From IMG/VR virus record IMGVR_UViG_3300025141_013938: DNA of 64,000 bases; one strand, 5' to 3'. Numbering within the stretch: position 1 is the first letter of the stretch; every line of letters begins with the position of its first letter. Shown here in pieces: positions 29,277 through 38,722 of the stretch. The translations under genes were made by a program, and so were the position numbers. Below the pieces are notes generated by a model. It saw only the letters and a list, made by a program, of their open reading frames with translations. It had not been told where the DNA came from and did no database searches. Source of the stretch: an uncultured virus (IMG/VR IMGVR_UViG_3300025141_013938). Lineage: Duplodnaviria; Heunggongvirae; Uroviricota; Caudoviricetes.

Positions 29277-31345
29277 AAATATGGATGGCAGACTTAACGT
29301 ATACTCAGCAAACACTTTCTTCAGATGTGTTTCCAGCTGCAGTTGCAGGAATGATTGAGTATGTGAAAAACTCACTTATTTTTGAAATAGATGCAAAAGT
29401 TTTTAAATTTCCAGAAAATTTATCTAAAGCATTAGATACTGATACACCAGATATAATTGGATTTTCAAACTATATCTGGAATTGTAATCTGGGCTTAAGT
29501 TTTGCAAAGATAATTAAGCAAACATATCCTGATATTCCAATTGTGATGGGCGGTCCTAATTTTCCAGTGACAGCTGATCGCCAAGAAAGATTTTTAAAAG
29601 ATAATCCCCAGATAGACTTTTATGTCTATAAGGAGGGAGAAGATGGCTGGCTCAAGATAATAGAATTACTTAATGAAAATATTAAAAGAGAAGATAGGAT
29701 TTTAAAAATTCAAGAAAGGTCTTCTGAGCTAATAAATACATTATTTATTGACAAAGAAGATAATTTTGTTATCTCTCAAACAACTTCTAGGCTATCTAGT
29801 CTGGCACAAATGACATCACCCTATGTTAATGGCCGCTTAGATAAGTTCTTTGGAGGAAGATTATTACCGATCATTCAGACTAATAGGGGTTGTCCATTTA
29901 CTTGTACATTTTGTACAGAGGGACAGTCATATTGGAGCAAAGTAAGAAAAAAATCTCAAGATGTCATTAACTCTGAAATTGAATATATTTCAAAAAAAAT
30001 TAGTGAATTTCCTGATGATCAAAAAAGATATGAACTTTATATTTCTGATTCTAATTTTGGAATGTTTAAAGAGGACTTAAGCACTTGCTTATTTATTTCT
30101 CAAATGCAAGAAAAGTATAGCTATCCAAAGTATATTAATGTTACAACAGGTAAGAATAATAAGGAAAGAGTATTAGATGCTGCAAAACTAGTCAATGGTG
30201 CAATGCGAGTAAATGGATCTGTTCAAAGTCTAGATGAAGAAGTTTTAATTAATATAAAAAGAAATAATATCTCTACAGATAAGCTACTTGATGTGGCAAA
30301 GCAAGCACAAAAGGTTAATTCTAATGTGACATCAGAGGTAATACTGGGATTACCCACAGACTCTAGAGAGAAGCATTTTGAAACATTAAGGAAATTAGTT
30401 GATAGTAGATTTAATACAATAGCAATGTATCAGTTGATGATGCTCCCCGGAACAGAAATGAATATTCTAGAATCTAGAGAAAAATTCAAGCTTGAGACAA
30501 AGTTTAGAGTTCTTCCAAGATGTTTTGGATATTTTAATGTGCTAGGGGAGGAAATAGTTTCAGCAGAAATAGAAGAGATAGCAGTTCAAAATTCCACTCT
30601 AAGCTTTCAGCATTACTTAGAATGCAGAAGGATGAATCTTATAATTAATATTTTTTATAATGAAGGAATTTTTGAGGAAGTAGTCAAGCTTTTAGAAAAT
30701 CTAAATATTTCACCCTTTTTGTGGCTTGAGAAAATATATGAAAATAGACAGATTGAGAGATTCAATGGGCTAATAGAACAATTTACTGATGAATCAGTAA
30801 GTGAATTATGGGAATCTAGGAAAGATCTTTCACTATTTACCCATGATAAGGAAAATATCCAAAAATATATCTCAGGAGATTATGGTAATAATCTATTAGC
30901 AAAGTACAAAGTATTATCTCTAACACATTATTTAGATGTTATCTGTAAAGTAGCTGTGATGTCAATTAAAGATATAATAAGTGAAAGAGATGAAATAGAC
31001 AGTGAAATAATTGATTTGATGTCTGAAATTATAAGATTTAAATCGCTTCGTATTTCTAACATATTTGATTTGAGCTTTGATGAGTGCAGGGATGAATTTA
31101 AATATGATATAATGAATGATTCATTAAAGATATCAGAAGATGCAGATGAGAAGTTTAATGTCAAAAATATAAAATATGATAATGCTGTATTGTTTTCTTT
31201 TACACTAAATAAAGAGCAGAAGTCAATGATTAAAAGCTATGTTGATCTATTTGGAAATGATCTTGCTGGACTTTCAAAGATACTTTCTCGCGTGTATCTC
31301 AGACAATTTTTTAGAGATGTAAGCATACTATCGAGGGATACATGA
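29273..31345 (+). CDS. Cobalamin-binding radical SAM protein (class B methyltransferase-like)
   Basis: B12-binding domain (PDIIGFSNYIWN, MGGPN, EGE) and QTNRGCPFTCTFC (CxxxCxxC), DSNFG, ILGLP. Confidence 0.88.
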   Translation: MKIWMADLTYTQQTLSSDVFPAAVAGMIEYVKNSLIFEIDAKVFKFPENLSKALDTDTPDIIGFSNYIWNCNLGLSFAKIIKQTYPDIPIVMGGPNFPVTADRQERFLKDNPQIDFYVYKEGEDGWLKIIELLNENIKREDRILKIQERSSELINTLFIDKEDNFVISQTTSRLSSLAQMTSPYVNGRLDKFFGGRLLPIIQTNRGCPFTCTFCTEGQSYWSKVRKKSQDVINSEIEYISKKISEFPDDQKRYELYISDSNFGMFKEDLSTCLFISQMQEKYSYPKYINVTTGKNNKERVLDAAKLVNGAMRVNGSVQSLDEEVLINIKRNNISTDKLLDVAKQAQKVNSNVTSEVILGLPTDSREKHFETLRKLVDSRFNTIAMYQLMMLPGTEMNILESREKFKLETKFRVLPRCFGYFNVLGEEIVSAEIEEIAVQNSTLSFQHYLECRRMNLIINIFYNEGIFEEVVKLLENLNISPFLWLEKIYENRQIERFNGLIEQFTDESVSELWESRKDLSLFTHDKENIQKYISGDYGNNLLAKYKVLSLTHYLDVICKVAVMSIKDIISERDEIDSEIIDLMSEIIRFKSLRISNIFDLSFDECRDEFKYDIMNDSLKISEDADEKFNVKNIKYDNAVLFSFTLNKEQKSMIKSYVDLFGNDLAGLSKILSRVYLRQFFRDVSILSRDT

Positions 31346-31929
31346 ACTCACTAGAGATAATCAATAATCTATATAAGGGAGTAAAGTCTTCATACTCAGA
31401 AAATGACTTGGGTATTTCAATATACAACTATGTCATAAGCACAAAGCCAGAAATAGTAGTAGAGTTAGGAACACTTCACGGATATTCAGCTATTTGTATA
31501 GGCCTAGCCCTTAGAGACAACGGCTTCGGAAAATTAACCTGTTATGATCTGTGGGAGGATTATGAATTCACACATACAACTATGAATAGCACAATGGAAA
31601 CTATAAGAAGACATGGCTTAGATGACATTATATCATTAAATAAGAGCAGTGCATTTAGATGGTGTGAAAAGGTTGAAAAATTTGATCTTCTTCATGTAGA
31701 CATATCAAATGATGGAGAAAAGATTAAAAAAATATTTAACCTTTTATCTTCTAGGGTAAGGGAGGGATCAGAGATATTATTTGAAGGAGGGACAAGAGAG
31801 AGAGATGAAAATAGCTGGATTAATACTTTTGGTTTCATGCCTATAGAATCTGTTAGGGAAGAGACAGGATATCATGTTTTAGATGAGAGGTGGCCCGGTC
31901 TTTCATTAATTTCAATAAGGAATAAATAA
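31342..31929 (+). CDS. Class I SAM-dependent methyltransferase (Methyltransf_24-like)
   Basis: VVELGTLHGYSA, CYDLW, DLLHVD. Confidence 0.75.
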   Translation: MNSLEIINNLYKGVKSSYSENDLGISIYNYVISTKPEIVVELGTLHGYSAICIGLALRDNGFGKLTCYDLWEDYEFTHTTMNSTMETIRRHGLDDIISLNKSSAFRWCEKVEKFDLLHVDISNDGEKIKKIFNLLSSRVREGSEILFEGGTRERDENSWINTFGFMPIESVREETGYHVLDERWPGLSLISIRNK

Positions 31930-32843
31930 TGAAAGGAATAATACTTGCTGCCGGGTCCGGATCACGACTTTTTCCCATAACACATTCTTCCTCAAAGGCA
32001 TTATTGCCAGTGTATAATAAGCCAATGATTTACTATCCGTTGTCTACACTAATGCTAGCAGGAATTACTGATATATTGATTATTTGCTCTGATAGATTTT
32101 TAGAACTATATAAAAATCTTTTAGGCGACGGCACTAGTTTTGGGATATCAATAAAATATGATGTACAAGAAAAGCCAGACGGAATTGCTCAGGCACTTCA
32201 GATCGGAAAAGACTTTATAGGAGATGATAGTGTATGCTTGATTCTTGGTGATAATTTATTTTATGGTCATGCATTACCTGAGCTCCTGGTGGGTGCGAAA
32301 AGAAAAATTGAAATATCTGGTGGAGCCATGGTTTTTGGCTATTACGTTTCTGATCCTACAAAATATGGTGTTGCAGAAATAGTTAAAGAAAATATAGTTG
32401 GATTAGTTGAAAAACCAAGCATTCCAAAGTCTAACTGGGCTGTGACTGGCCTCTATATGTATGATAATTTAGCTGTAGATATCGTAAATTCTATAAAGCC
32501 CTCTAAACGGGGAGAGCTAGAGATCACAGATGTAAACATCGTATACTTGAATAATGATAGTTTATCAATAACAACTATGGGAAGAGGCTTTACGTGGTTT
32601 GACACAGGAAATTCAGAGGATCTTTTTTGCGCGTCATCATTTGTTAGAATGGTTGAAAATAGACAGAGCTTAAAGATCGCATGTCTAGAAGAGATAGCAT
32701 ACTATATGGGATATATTGACAGAAAAGAGCTTGCCATACTAGCAAAAGGCTTATCTAATACTTCTTATGGGCAATATTTACAACAATTAGTTGAGTATGA
32801 AAATAAAACAAAAGAGGATATTTTTAGATATGAGCAAAGATAA
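31929..32843 (+). CDS. rfbA: Glucose-1-phosphate thymidylyltransferase
   Basis: KGIILAAGSGSRLFPIT, KPMIYYPL, LILGDN, EKP, RGELEITD, GFTWFDTG. Confidence 0.95.
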   Translation: MKGIILAAGSGSRLFPITHSSSKALLPVYNKPMIYYPLSTLMLAGITDILIICSDRFLELYKNLLGDGTSFGISIKYDVQEKPDGIAQALQIGKDFIGDDSVCLILGDNLFYGHALPELLVGAKRKIEISGGAMVFGYYVSDPTKYGVAEIVKENIVGLVEKPSIPKSNWAVTGLYMYDNLAVDIVNSIKPSKRGELEITDVNIVYLNNDSLSITTMGRGFTWFDTGNSEDLFCASSFVRMVENRQSLKIACLEEIAYYMGYIDRKELAILAKGLSNTSYGQYLQQLVEYENKTKEDIFRYEQR

Positions 32844-33678
32844 ACTTACAGTTGGTATAATAGGCCAGGGCTTTGTAGGCTCATCAATCTATGAAGGGTT
32901 GAAGAATTTTTATGAGATTCTGACTTATGACATCGATAAAACAAAGTGCAATAGTTCCCACGCAGAAGTGTGTAAAGAGTCAGATATAATTTTTGTATGC
33001 ATACCCACACCCATGAGGCTATCCGGTGAGTGTGATACCAGACTACTTGAGAGCGTTGTAGACAAACTTCAGAAAGAATGTATCTCTTCGGGAGCATTTC
33101 CAACGATAGTAATAAAATCGACAGTTCCTCCTGGTACAACAACAAGAATACATAATAAGGGGCATCTTGACGTGTGTTTCAGCCCAGAATTTTTGACAGA
33201 AGCAAATTCATTTGAAGACTTTAGGAATCAAGATCGTATTATTATCGGTGGTACTGGAGCTAAGAAAGTCAAAAGGATGTTCCGTAAACCATTTCCCGGG
33301 ATACCGATTGTTGTAACTAAGTCTGAGACAGCTGAGATGATTAAGTACTTTACAAATTGCTTTCTTGCAACCAAGGTAACATTTGCAAATGAACTATATG
33401 ATATATGTCAGTCTTCAGGTGTCGATTATGATAAGGTATGTGAATATGCTCTTTATGATATGAGAATAGGAAAAAGTCATCTTGCAGTACCGGGACCAGA
33501 CGGAGATAGAGGGTTTGGCGGTCACTGCTTTCCAAAAGATCTAGCAGCAATGATTTATTTTTCAGAAACAAATGATTGTGAAGCTTCACTATTAAGGGAG
33601 GTTTTTGATAAAAATAATAAGATAAGAGAAAACAGAGACTGGGAAAGAATGAAAGGCAGGGCTGTAAGTGATGATTAA
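32830..33678 (+). CDS. UDP-glucose/GDP-mannose dehydrogenase family protein (short form)
   Basis: GQGFVG, CIPTP, KSTVPPGTT, PEFL, AEMIKY..N, GFGGHCFPKD. Start moved to ATG 32830 (GAGGA upstream). Confidence 0.85.
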   Translation: MSKDKLTVGIIGQGFVGSSIYEGLKNFYEILTYDIDKTKCNSSHAEVCKESDIIFVCIPTPMRLSGECDTRLLESVVDKLQKECISSGAFPTIVIKSTVPPGTTTRIHNKGHLDVCFSPEFLTEANSFEDFRNQDRIIIGGTGAKKVKRMFRKPFPGIPIVVTKSETAEMIKYFTNCFLATKVTFANELYDICQSSGVDYDKVCEYALYDMRIGKSHLAVPGPDGDRGFGGHCFPKDLAAMIYFSETNDCEASLLREVFDKNNKIRENRDWERMKGRAVSDD

Positions 33679-34513
33679 AGATATTTCTGAAAAAACTAAA
33701 CAAAAGCTTAGAAAGAGCTATATTGATCGTTATATAGAAGAATTCAATAATGATAATTGGGCCGGGTATAGAGATAAAGGAGGTAAAAGAAAAAGATTTC
33801 AAATTCAAGAAAAGTTAATACAGTTTATTGGAAATAAGAAGGTTTTTATCCCAATAGAAAGTGAATATTACCTAAACTTACAAGAGTCTCGGGGAATTGG
33901 CATAACCAAAGATACAACCATTGACAAGATAATAGATGAATCTATGAAATCGATAAATGAACTCATCGAGAGTGATATAGTAAGATTAGATGAATTAGAT
34001 AAGCTCATAAGAGAATTATCCGCCAGTCAGCCCAGAAAGAATTTTTTAGAAATAGGCTTTAGAATACCAAAAATTCAATCTTACTATAAGAATACATTTG
34101 AAATGGAAGCATATGGAGTCGATATAAACACTTTTAATGTAGATCTTTTTTCAGAGATGGGCTTTAATTGTTTTTCACTTGACCTAATGAAAAATGAAAG
34201 CATTAGTGAGAAGCTTAATAAAAAATTTGATGTAGTCGTCTGTTACCATGTTTTAGAGCACATCACAAATCCAGATGAGGCTGTTAAAAATATTTTTGAT
34301 AGTATGAACTCTAATGGAATTTTTCATGTAGAGGTTCCAATTGAACCAGGGCAGCCAAGACTAGAATATGGTCATCTCATCTCATATGATCCCTATGATA
34401 TGTCTAATCTATTGTCAGGAGTTGGATTCAAGATAGTTCATGCAACTAATAAGACACACTCCGATGGACCATGGATAGAAAGATATATTGCTATAAAGCC
34501 TTTTGGATTGTAA
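33668..34513 (+). CDS. Class I SAM-dependent methyltransferase
   Basis: FLEIG, GVDIN, FDVVVCYHVLEH, VEVP. Confidence 0.75.
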   Translation: MMIKDISEKTKQKLRKSYIDRYIEEFNNDNWAGYRDKGGKRKRFQIQEKLIQFIGNKKVFIPIESEYYLNLQESRGIGITKDTTIDKIIDESMKSINELIESDIVRLDELDKLIRELSASQPRKNFLEIGFRIPKIQSYYKNTFEMEAYGVDINTFNVDLFSEMGFNCFSLDLMKNESISEKLNKKFDVVVCYHVLEHITNPDEAVKNIFDSMNSNGIFHVEVPIEPGQPRLEYGHLISYDPYDMSNLLSGVGFKIVHATNKTHSDGPWIERYIAIKPFGL

Positions 34514-34537
34514 TGTATGCGCTGTATTTGATATAAT
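34509..34537 (+). promoter_or_regulatory. Sigma70-like promoter (extended -10)
   Basis: TGTAAT-N17-TATAAT with TGn before the -10 element. Confidence 0.55.
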
Positions 34538-34564
34538 TAATATATTCATATTTAAGACCTTAAA

Positions 34565-35587
34565 ATGACTCATTCACCTATTAAAAATTCCAAAATTCTT
34601 ATATTTGGGGGAACCGGCTCTCTTGGAAAGGTTCTCATCAAGAAATATATTGATAATAATTCTGTATGTGTGTATTCTAGAGATGAGTCTAAGCATTGGA
34701 CCATAAGAAATGAGATGTCGCATGATAATCTATCATTTATCATAGGTGACATAAGAGATAAACAGAGATGTAAAGATGCGATACTTCAATTTAAGCCAAA
34801 ACACATAATATTGGCTTCTGCTCTCAAACATGTTGATGTTTGTGAGATATCTCCTGAAGAGAGTATAAAGACAAATATCGAAGGGATATCTAATGTTATA
34901 AGTGTTATCAAAGATAATTTTAGAATTTTAGAGAATTTAAAAACTGTCTTGATGGTGAGCACAGACAAGGCATGCTCTCCTATTAATGTATATGGAATGT
35001 GTAAATCAATTGCAGAAAGAGTTGTGACATCTGCTGCTGAGCTGTCTATTCCAGTAAAATTTATCGCAGTAAGATACGGAAATGTTCTAGAGTCTAGAGG
35101 GAGCATAATACCACTGTTTAAGTATCAATCAGAAAATTGTAACGAAATTACTGTTACAGATAGAAGAATGACACGATTCGTTATGACACTTGATGAGAGT
35201 GCTAGACTAATTGATGCAACGATACAAAATGGAGATTCGGGACAGACATGGGTGCCAAGGCTTCCTGCAATGAAAGTATTAGATCTAGCAGAAATATATT
35301 CAGAAATGTCAGGTAAGCCCATAAAGATAATTGGAATGCGCCCTGGTGAAAAGCTTCATGAAGACCTAATCAATATTTCTGAGTCGATGAGAACAAGACA
35401 GATTGAAAAATACTTTGCAATTAGCTCTTCTTTTACGACGCCTTTTCAAAGTGATGACTATGTTATGAAAAGTAATATGAACCTAATGACAAAAGAAGGG
35501 CTAAGAAATCACTTAGAGTCACTAGATATCTTGCACAAGCCTCTTTCACAATTTTTAGGAAAGTCTATTGAGGAGTTAAAAAAATAA
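34565..35587 (+). CDS. UDP-GlcNAc 4,6-dehydratase family (PseB/FnlA/CapD-like)
   Basis: GGTGSLG, SRDE, GDIRD, ALKHV, STDKA, YGMCK, RYGNVLESRGS, MTRF, RPGEKLHE. Confidence 0.9.
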   Translation: MTHSPIKNSKILIFGGTGSLGKVLIKKYIDNNSVCVYSRDESKHWTIRNEMSHDNLSFIIGDIRDKQRCKDAILQFKPKHIILASALKHVDVCEISPEESIKTNIEGISNVISVIKDNFRILENLKTVLMVSTDKACSPINVYGMCKSIAERVVTSAAELSIPVKFIAVRYGNVLESRGSIIPLFKYQSENCNEITVTDRRMTRFVMTLDESARLIDATIQNGDSGQTWVPRLPAMKVLDLAEIYSEMSGKPIKIIGMRPGEKLHEDLINISESMRTRQIEKYFAISSSFTTPFQSDDYVMKSNMNLMTKEGLRNHLESLDILHKPLSQFLGKSIEELKK

Positions 35588-35608
35588 AGCGGAAGTTATG
35601 GAATAATT

Positions 35609-36421
35609 GTGATGAAAATAATGATTGTTGGAAGCACGGGAATGCTTGGAAATGCCGTTGGTAGTTACTTTTTAAATAATTGTTTTGACGTAACACTAAC
35701 ATATAGAAAAGAAAATCTCAAATACGGTAAAAATAATATCAAATTTGATATTTTATATGATGACATCGAAAATCTATTTAGTGAACCGCATGATTATTAT
35801 ATTAATTGTGCAGGATCGATTAAGCAAAAAATCATCAAAGAGAACAAGGAAGACATATTAATTAACGCCATATTTCCGTGGAAGCTTTCAGAGATGTGTG
35901 AAAAATTTGGAAGCAGATTAATACACATAACAACTGACTGTGTTTTTTCAGGTCAAAATGGAAAATATATAGAAGAAGATATTCATGACTGTTTAGATTT
36001 TTATGGAAGGACTAAATCATTAGGAGAGCCAACAAACGCTATGGTGCTTAGGACAAGCATCATTGGTGAAGAGCTCGAGGGCAGTTCTAGCCTTATAGAA
36101 TGGGCAAAATCAAATTCTAGACAGAAGGTAAGGGGATTCACAAATCACATGTGGAATGGTATAACTACATCACAATATGCTAAAATTTGTCGAACTATCA
36201 TAGAAGACGATAGCTATCAAAAAAATAAGTTTCATATTTTTTCTCCAGGAGATGTTTCTAAGTATAGTTTATTGAAGATGATAAATAATAAATTTAATCT
36301 AGACTTAGATATTCAGCCCTTTAGAGCACAAACAAGTGTAGATAGAACACTTAGGTCAAATAAGAGTCTTGTTGAAAAATTAAAAATAGATCCAATAGAC
36401 ATTCAGTTAAGGGATTTTTAA
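35609..36421 (+). CDS. RmlD-like NDP-sugar reductase
   Basis: GSTGMLG, INCAG, HITTDCVFSG, YGRTKSLGE, RTSIIG. Confidence 0.85.
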   Translation: MMKIMIVGSTGMLGNAVGSYFLNNCFDVTLTYRKENLKYGKNNIKFDILYDDIENLFSEPHDYYINCAGSIKQKIIKENKEDILINAIFPWKLSEMCEKFGSRLIHITTDCVFSGQNGKYIEEDIHDCLDFYGRTKSLGEPTNAMVLRTSIIGEELEGSSSLIEWAKSNSRQKVRGFTNHMWNGITTSQYAKICRTIIEDDSYQKNKFHIFSPGDVSKYSLLKMINNKFNLDLDIQPFRAQTSVDRTLRSNKSLVEKLKIDPIDIQLRDF

Positions 36422-36472
36422 TAATGGCTAGAGGAAAGACGATAAATTGAATTTTTTATTGTGTGTGCATAA

Positions 36473-37108
36473 ATGATTAACAAGATTATAATTTCTCCTC
36501 ATGTAGATGATGAAGTTTTGGGCTGCGGGGGAGTAATTGATGATAAAACACTAGTTCTTCATTGCGGTCTAGCGAAGTTGCAGAATCATGGAAATAGTAT
36601 TTTTTCTAAAGAGGCGAGATTAAAAGAGTTTGAAAAAATTAAGATAGAGACTGGATGTAGTTCTATTCTTTTAGATAATGCTGTTAATCAATATTGTGCA
36701 GCTGACTTGATTTCTGACATAGAGAAAGTACTTAATGAGTATAAGCCTAGGACTGTGTTTATTCCAACACCATCATATAATCAAGACCACAAGGAGGTAT
36801 ACAAAGCGTCAATCATTGCATTAAGACCGCATGACATCAATTACTTTGTGTCGAGAGTATTGATGTATGAGCAACCTCAAGATTTGTGGGCAGGAGTGGA
36901 TGATCAATTCAATCCTAGCTTTTTTGTCAGGATTGATATTGATAGAAAGCTGAGACTCTATTCACTTCTTGAGTCTCAAGTTCGGGATCATAGAAGCATA
37001 GACCTCTTAAGGAATATTGCTGCTATAAGAGGAAGTCAATCATGCTGTGAATATGCAGAGGCATTTCAAGTAATAAGGTGGGTAGCATATTCAGGTGATG
37101 AGATATAA
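36473..37108 (+). CDS. PIG-L family deacetylase
   Basis: SPHVDDEVLGCGG, NQDH, YAEAF. Confidence 0.85.
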   Translation: MINKIIISPHVDDEVLGCGGVIDDKTLVLHCGLAKLQNHGNSIFSKEARLKEFEKIKIETGCSSILLDNAVNQYCAADLISDIEKVLNEYKPRTVFIPTPSYNQDHKEVYKASIIALRPHDINYFVSRVLMYEQPQDLWAGVDDQFNPSFFVRIDIDRKLRLYSLLESQVRDHRSIDLLRNIAAIRGSQSCCEYAEAFQVIRWVAYSGDEI

Positions 37109-37138
37109 ACATCAAAATAAGTAAGAATATAATAGAGC

Positions 37139-37924
37139 ATGAGATACAATAAAAGTATGAGGGGATGTATAGTAATTCCCGTTTTTTTTGGGTACAGATC
37201 AAGACGACCTGATAATCATTTTAAAAATATCGATAGCGTGGTAGAGCTGACAAAATATCTCATAGCGCATTATCGTCAATTAGATACAGGAATTCACACA
37301 GATATTATTTTTGTCAATAACTCACCCGATGAACCAATTGCAAATTCGTTATTTGCATCAATCAATAACACTCCTGTTATAAATGGCATATTTAAAGTGA
37401 TCGATGGTGACAATATTGGAATGTCATTTGGAGCCTATAACAAGGCATTCCAGGCATTTCAAAACGATTATGACATCTGGTGTTTTACAGAAGATGATAC
37501 AATTTATAGCTTGCCAAATTTTCTTAATGGTGTAATCAAACAGTTTGAAAGTGATTCATCTCTAGGCTTTGCAGCTCTAATTGGTGTCGGAAGTGAGAAT
37601 AATCTAAATTCGGCTCATTCTCATGGAGGCTGCGGCGTGACAACACGAGAAAAATTATCAGAGGTGTTCGATAAGCTGGGTGAGCTACCTCACGGTCATG
37701 AGATTCCCACTTTAGAGGCAGATAAATATGACCATGCACACTTTAAAAAAATTCACATGATCGGTGGTGAGGTTGCTTTTACTAATTGTTATTGTCAGCT
37801 AGGATATAAAATAGCCAAAATGAACTGTCCAGATAAGCCCTATACAAGATGGCATCACGATTATCAGGAATTAGACATCGAATCATGGGGCTCTTATAGC
37901 TATATAAAAAAGGTAATTTCATGA
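37139..37924 (+). CDS. Putative GT-A fold glycosyltransferase
   Basis: IVIPVF, IIFVNN, N.GMSFGAY, CFTEDD; located in the glycan cluster. Confidence 0.5.
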   Translation: MRYNKSMRGCIVIPVFFGYRSRRPDNHFKNIDSVVELTKYLIAHYRQLDTGIHTDIIFVNNSPDEPIANSLFASINNTPVINGIFKVIDGDNIGMSFGAYNKAFQAFQNDYDIWCFTEDDTIYSLPNFLNGVIKQFESDSSLGFAALIGVGSENNLNSAHSHGGCGVTTREKLSEVFDKLGELPHGHEIPTLEADKYDHAHFKKIHMIGGEVAFTNCYCQLGYKIAKMNCPDKPYTRWHHDYQELDIESWGSYSYIKKVIS

Positions 37925-38676
37925 AAAAGAAACATATATTTATTGGAGGACACCATAATAGTTGTACCACAATAGTACGTAAGCTCATTCTTTGCAAAGA
38001 TTACATGGAAGCCGATAGATATCCTGACTATATGGGAAAATATTTTCATAGTGAATTTTTTAAACGATGGCATGCTAAGAAAGATAATTTTGAATTTTTT
38101 GAAAATAAAGTTCGAAGAGACACAGGTGGCCTCGAATACTGGGTTATCAAGCACAACCACTTGATGTTGATGATACCTGAGCTTAAAAAGGCATTTCCAG
38201 GCTCAGTATTTATAATGTGTATCAGAAATCCAATTGATCAATTACGAAAACCACAAATGAATTATGAGTGGTACGGAAATGCTAGAAGTTGGGATCCACC
38301 GCTTGTAGAAAAATTTGGACTCTATGGGGAGTGGGTAGATGAGGGAATAAAAAATGCTGACCATATTATTCGACTTGAAGATCTCTTATTTGATACAAAA
38401 GATACAATTAAAAAGCTATATCAATTTTTAAAATGTGATGATAGAGTAGATGATGATATTTTACAAATGATTCTTCCTCCATCCTCAACTGTTTTAGATG
38501 GGCATAGACCCGCTAAGAGCACTGGGAGTGACCCATTAAGCATCCTAAAGGTCACTGAGGCAGAATTAGATAATTACATTATAGATTCGTCTGGGACAAT
38601 ACTGCGTGATGCACTCAAAGAGTATTGTATCCGTTTAGGCTATGATATGCCCGAATACTTGAAAAGAAAAAAATAA
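37921..38676 (+). CDS. Sulfotransferase-like P-loop protein
   Basis: IFIGGHHNSCTT (5'-PSB-like), IMCIRNPID (3'-PB-like), IRLEDLL..LYQFL. Confidence 0.6.
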   Translation: MKKKHIFIGGHHNSCTTIVRKLILCKDYMEADRYPDYMGKYFHSEFFKRWHAKKDNFEFFENKVRRDTGGLEYWVIKHNHLMLMIPELKKAFPGSVFIMCIRNPIDQLRKPQMNYEWYGNARSWDPPLVEKFGLYGEWVDEGIKNADHIIRLEDLLFDTKDTIKKLYQFLKCDDRVDDDILQMILPPSSTVLDGHRPAKSTGSDPLSILKVTEAELDNYIIDSSGTILRDALKEYCIRLGYDMPEYLKRKK

Positions 38677-38679
38677 ATG

Positions 38680-38707
38680 AAAGCATGTGTAATTCTATGC
38701 TTTTTTT
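38680..38707 (+). terminator. Possible weak intrinsic terminator
   Basis: AAAGCAT-N10-ATGCTTT inverted repeat running into a T tract right after the 38676 stop. The stem is AT-rich. Confidence 0.35.
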
Positions 38708-38716
38708 GTTTATAAT
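38688..38716 (+). promoter_or_regulatory. Sigma70-like promoter for the nuclease gene
   Basis: TGTAAT-N17-TATAAT, with the ATG only 6 nt after the -10 element. Confidence 0.55.
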
Positions 38717-38722
38717 AGAGGT

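Noticed and set aside
5778..38676. Ordinary bacterial O-antigen or capsule locus
   Set aside because: No flippase, polymerase, exporter or initiating transferase, no housekeeping genes, and both flanks are phage structural genes.
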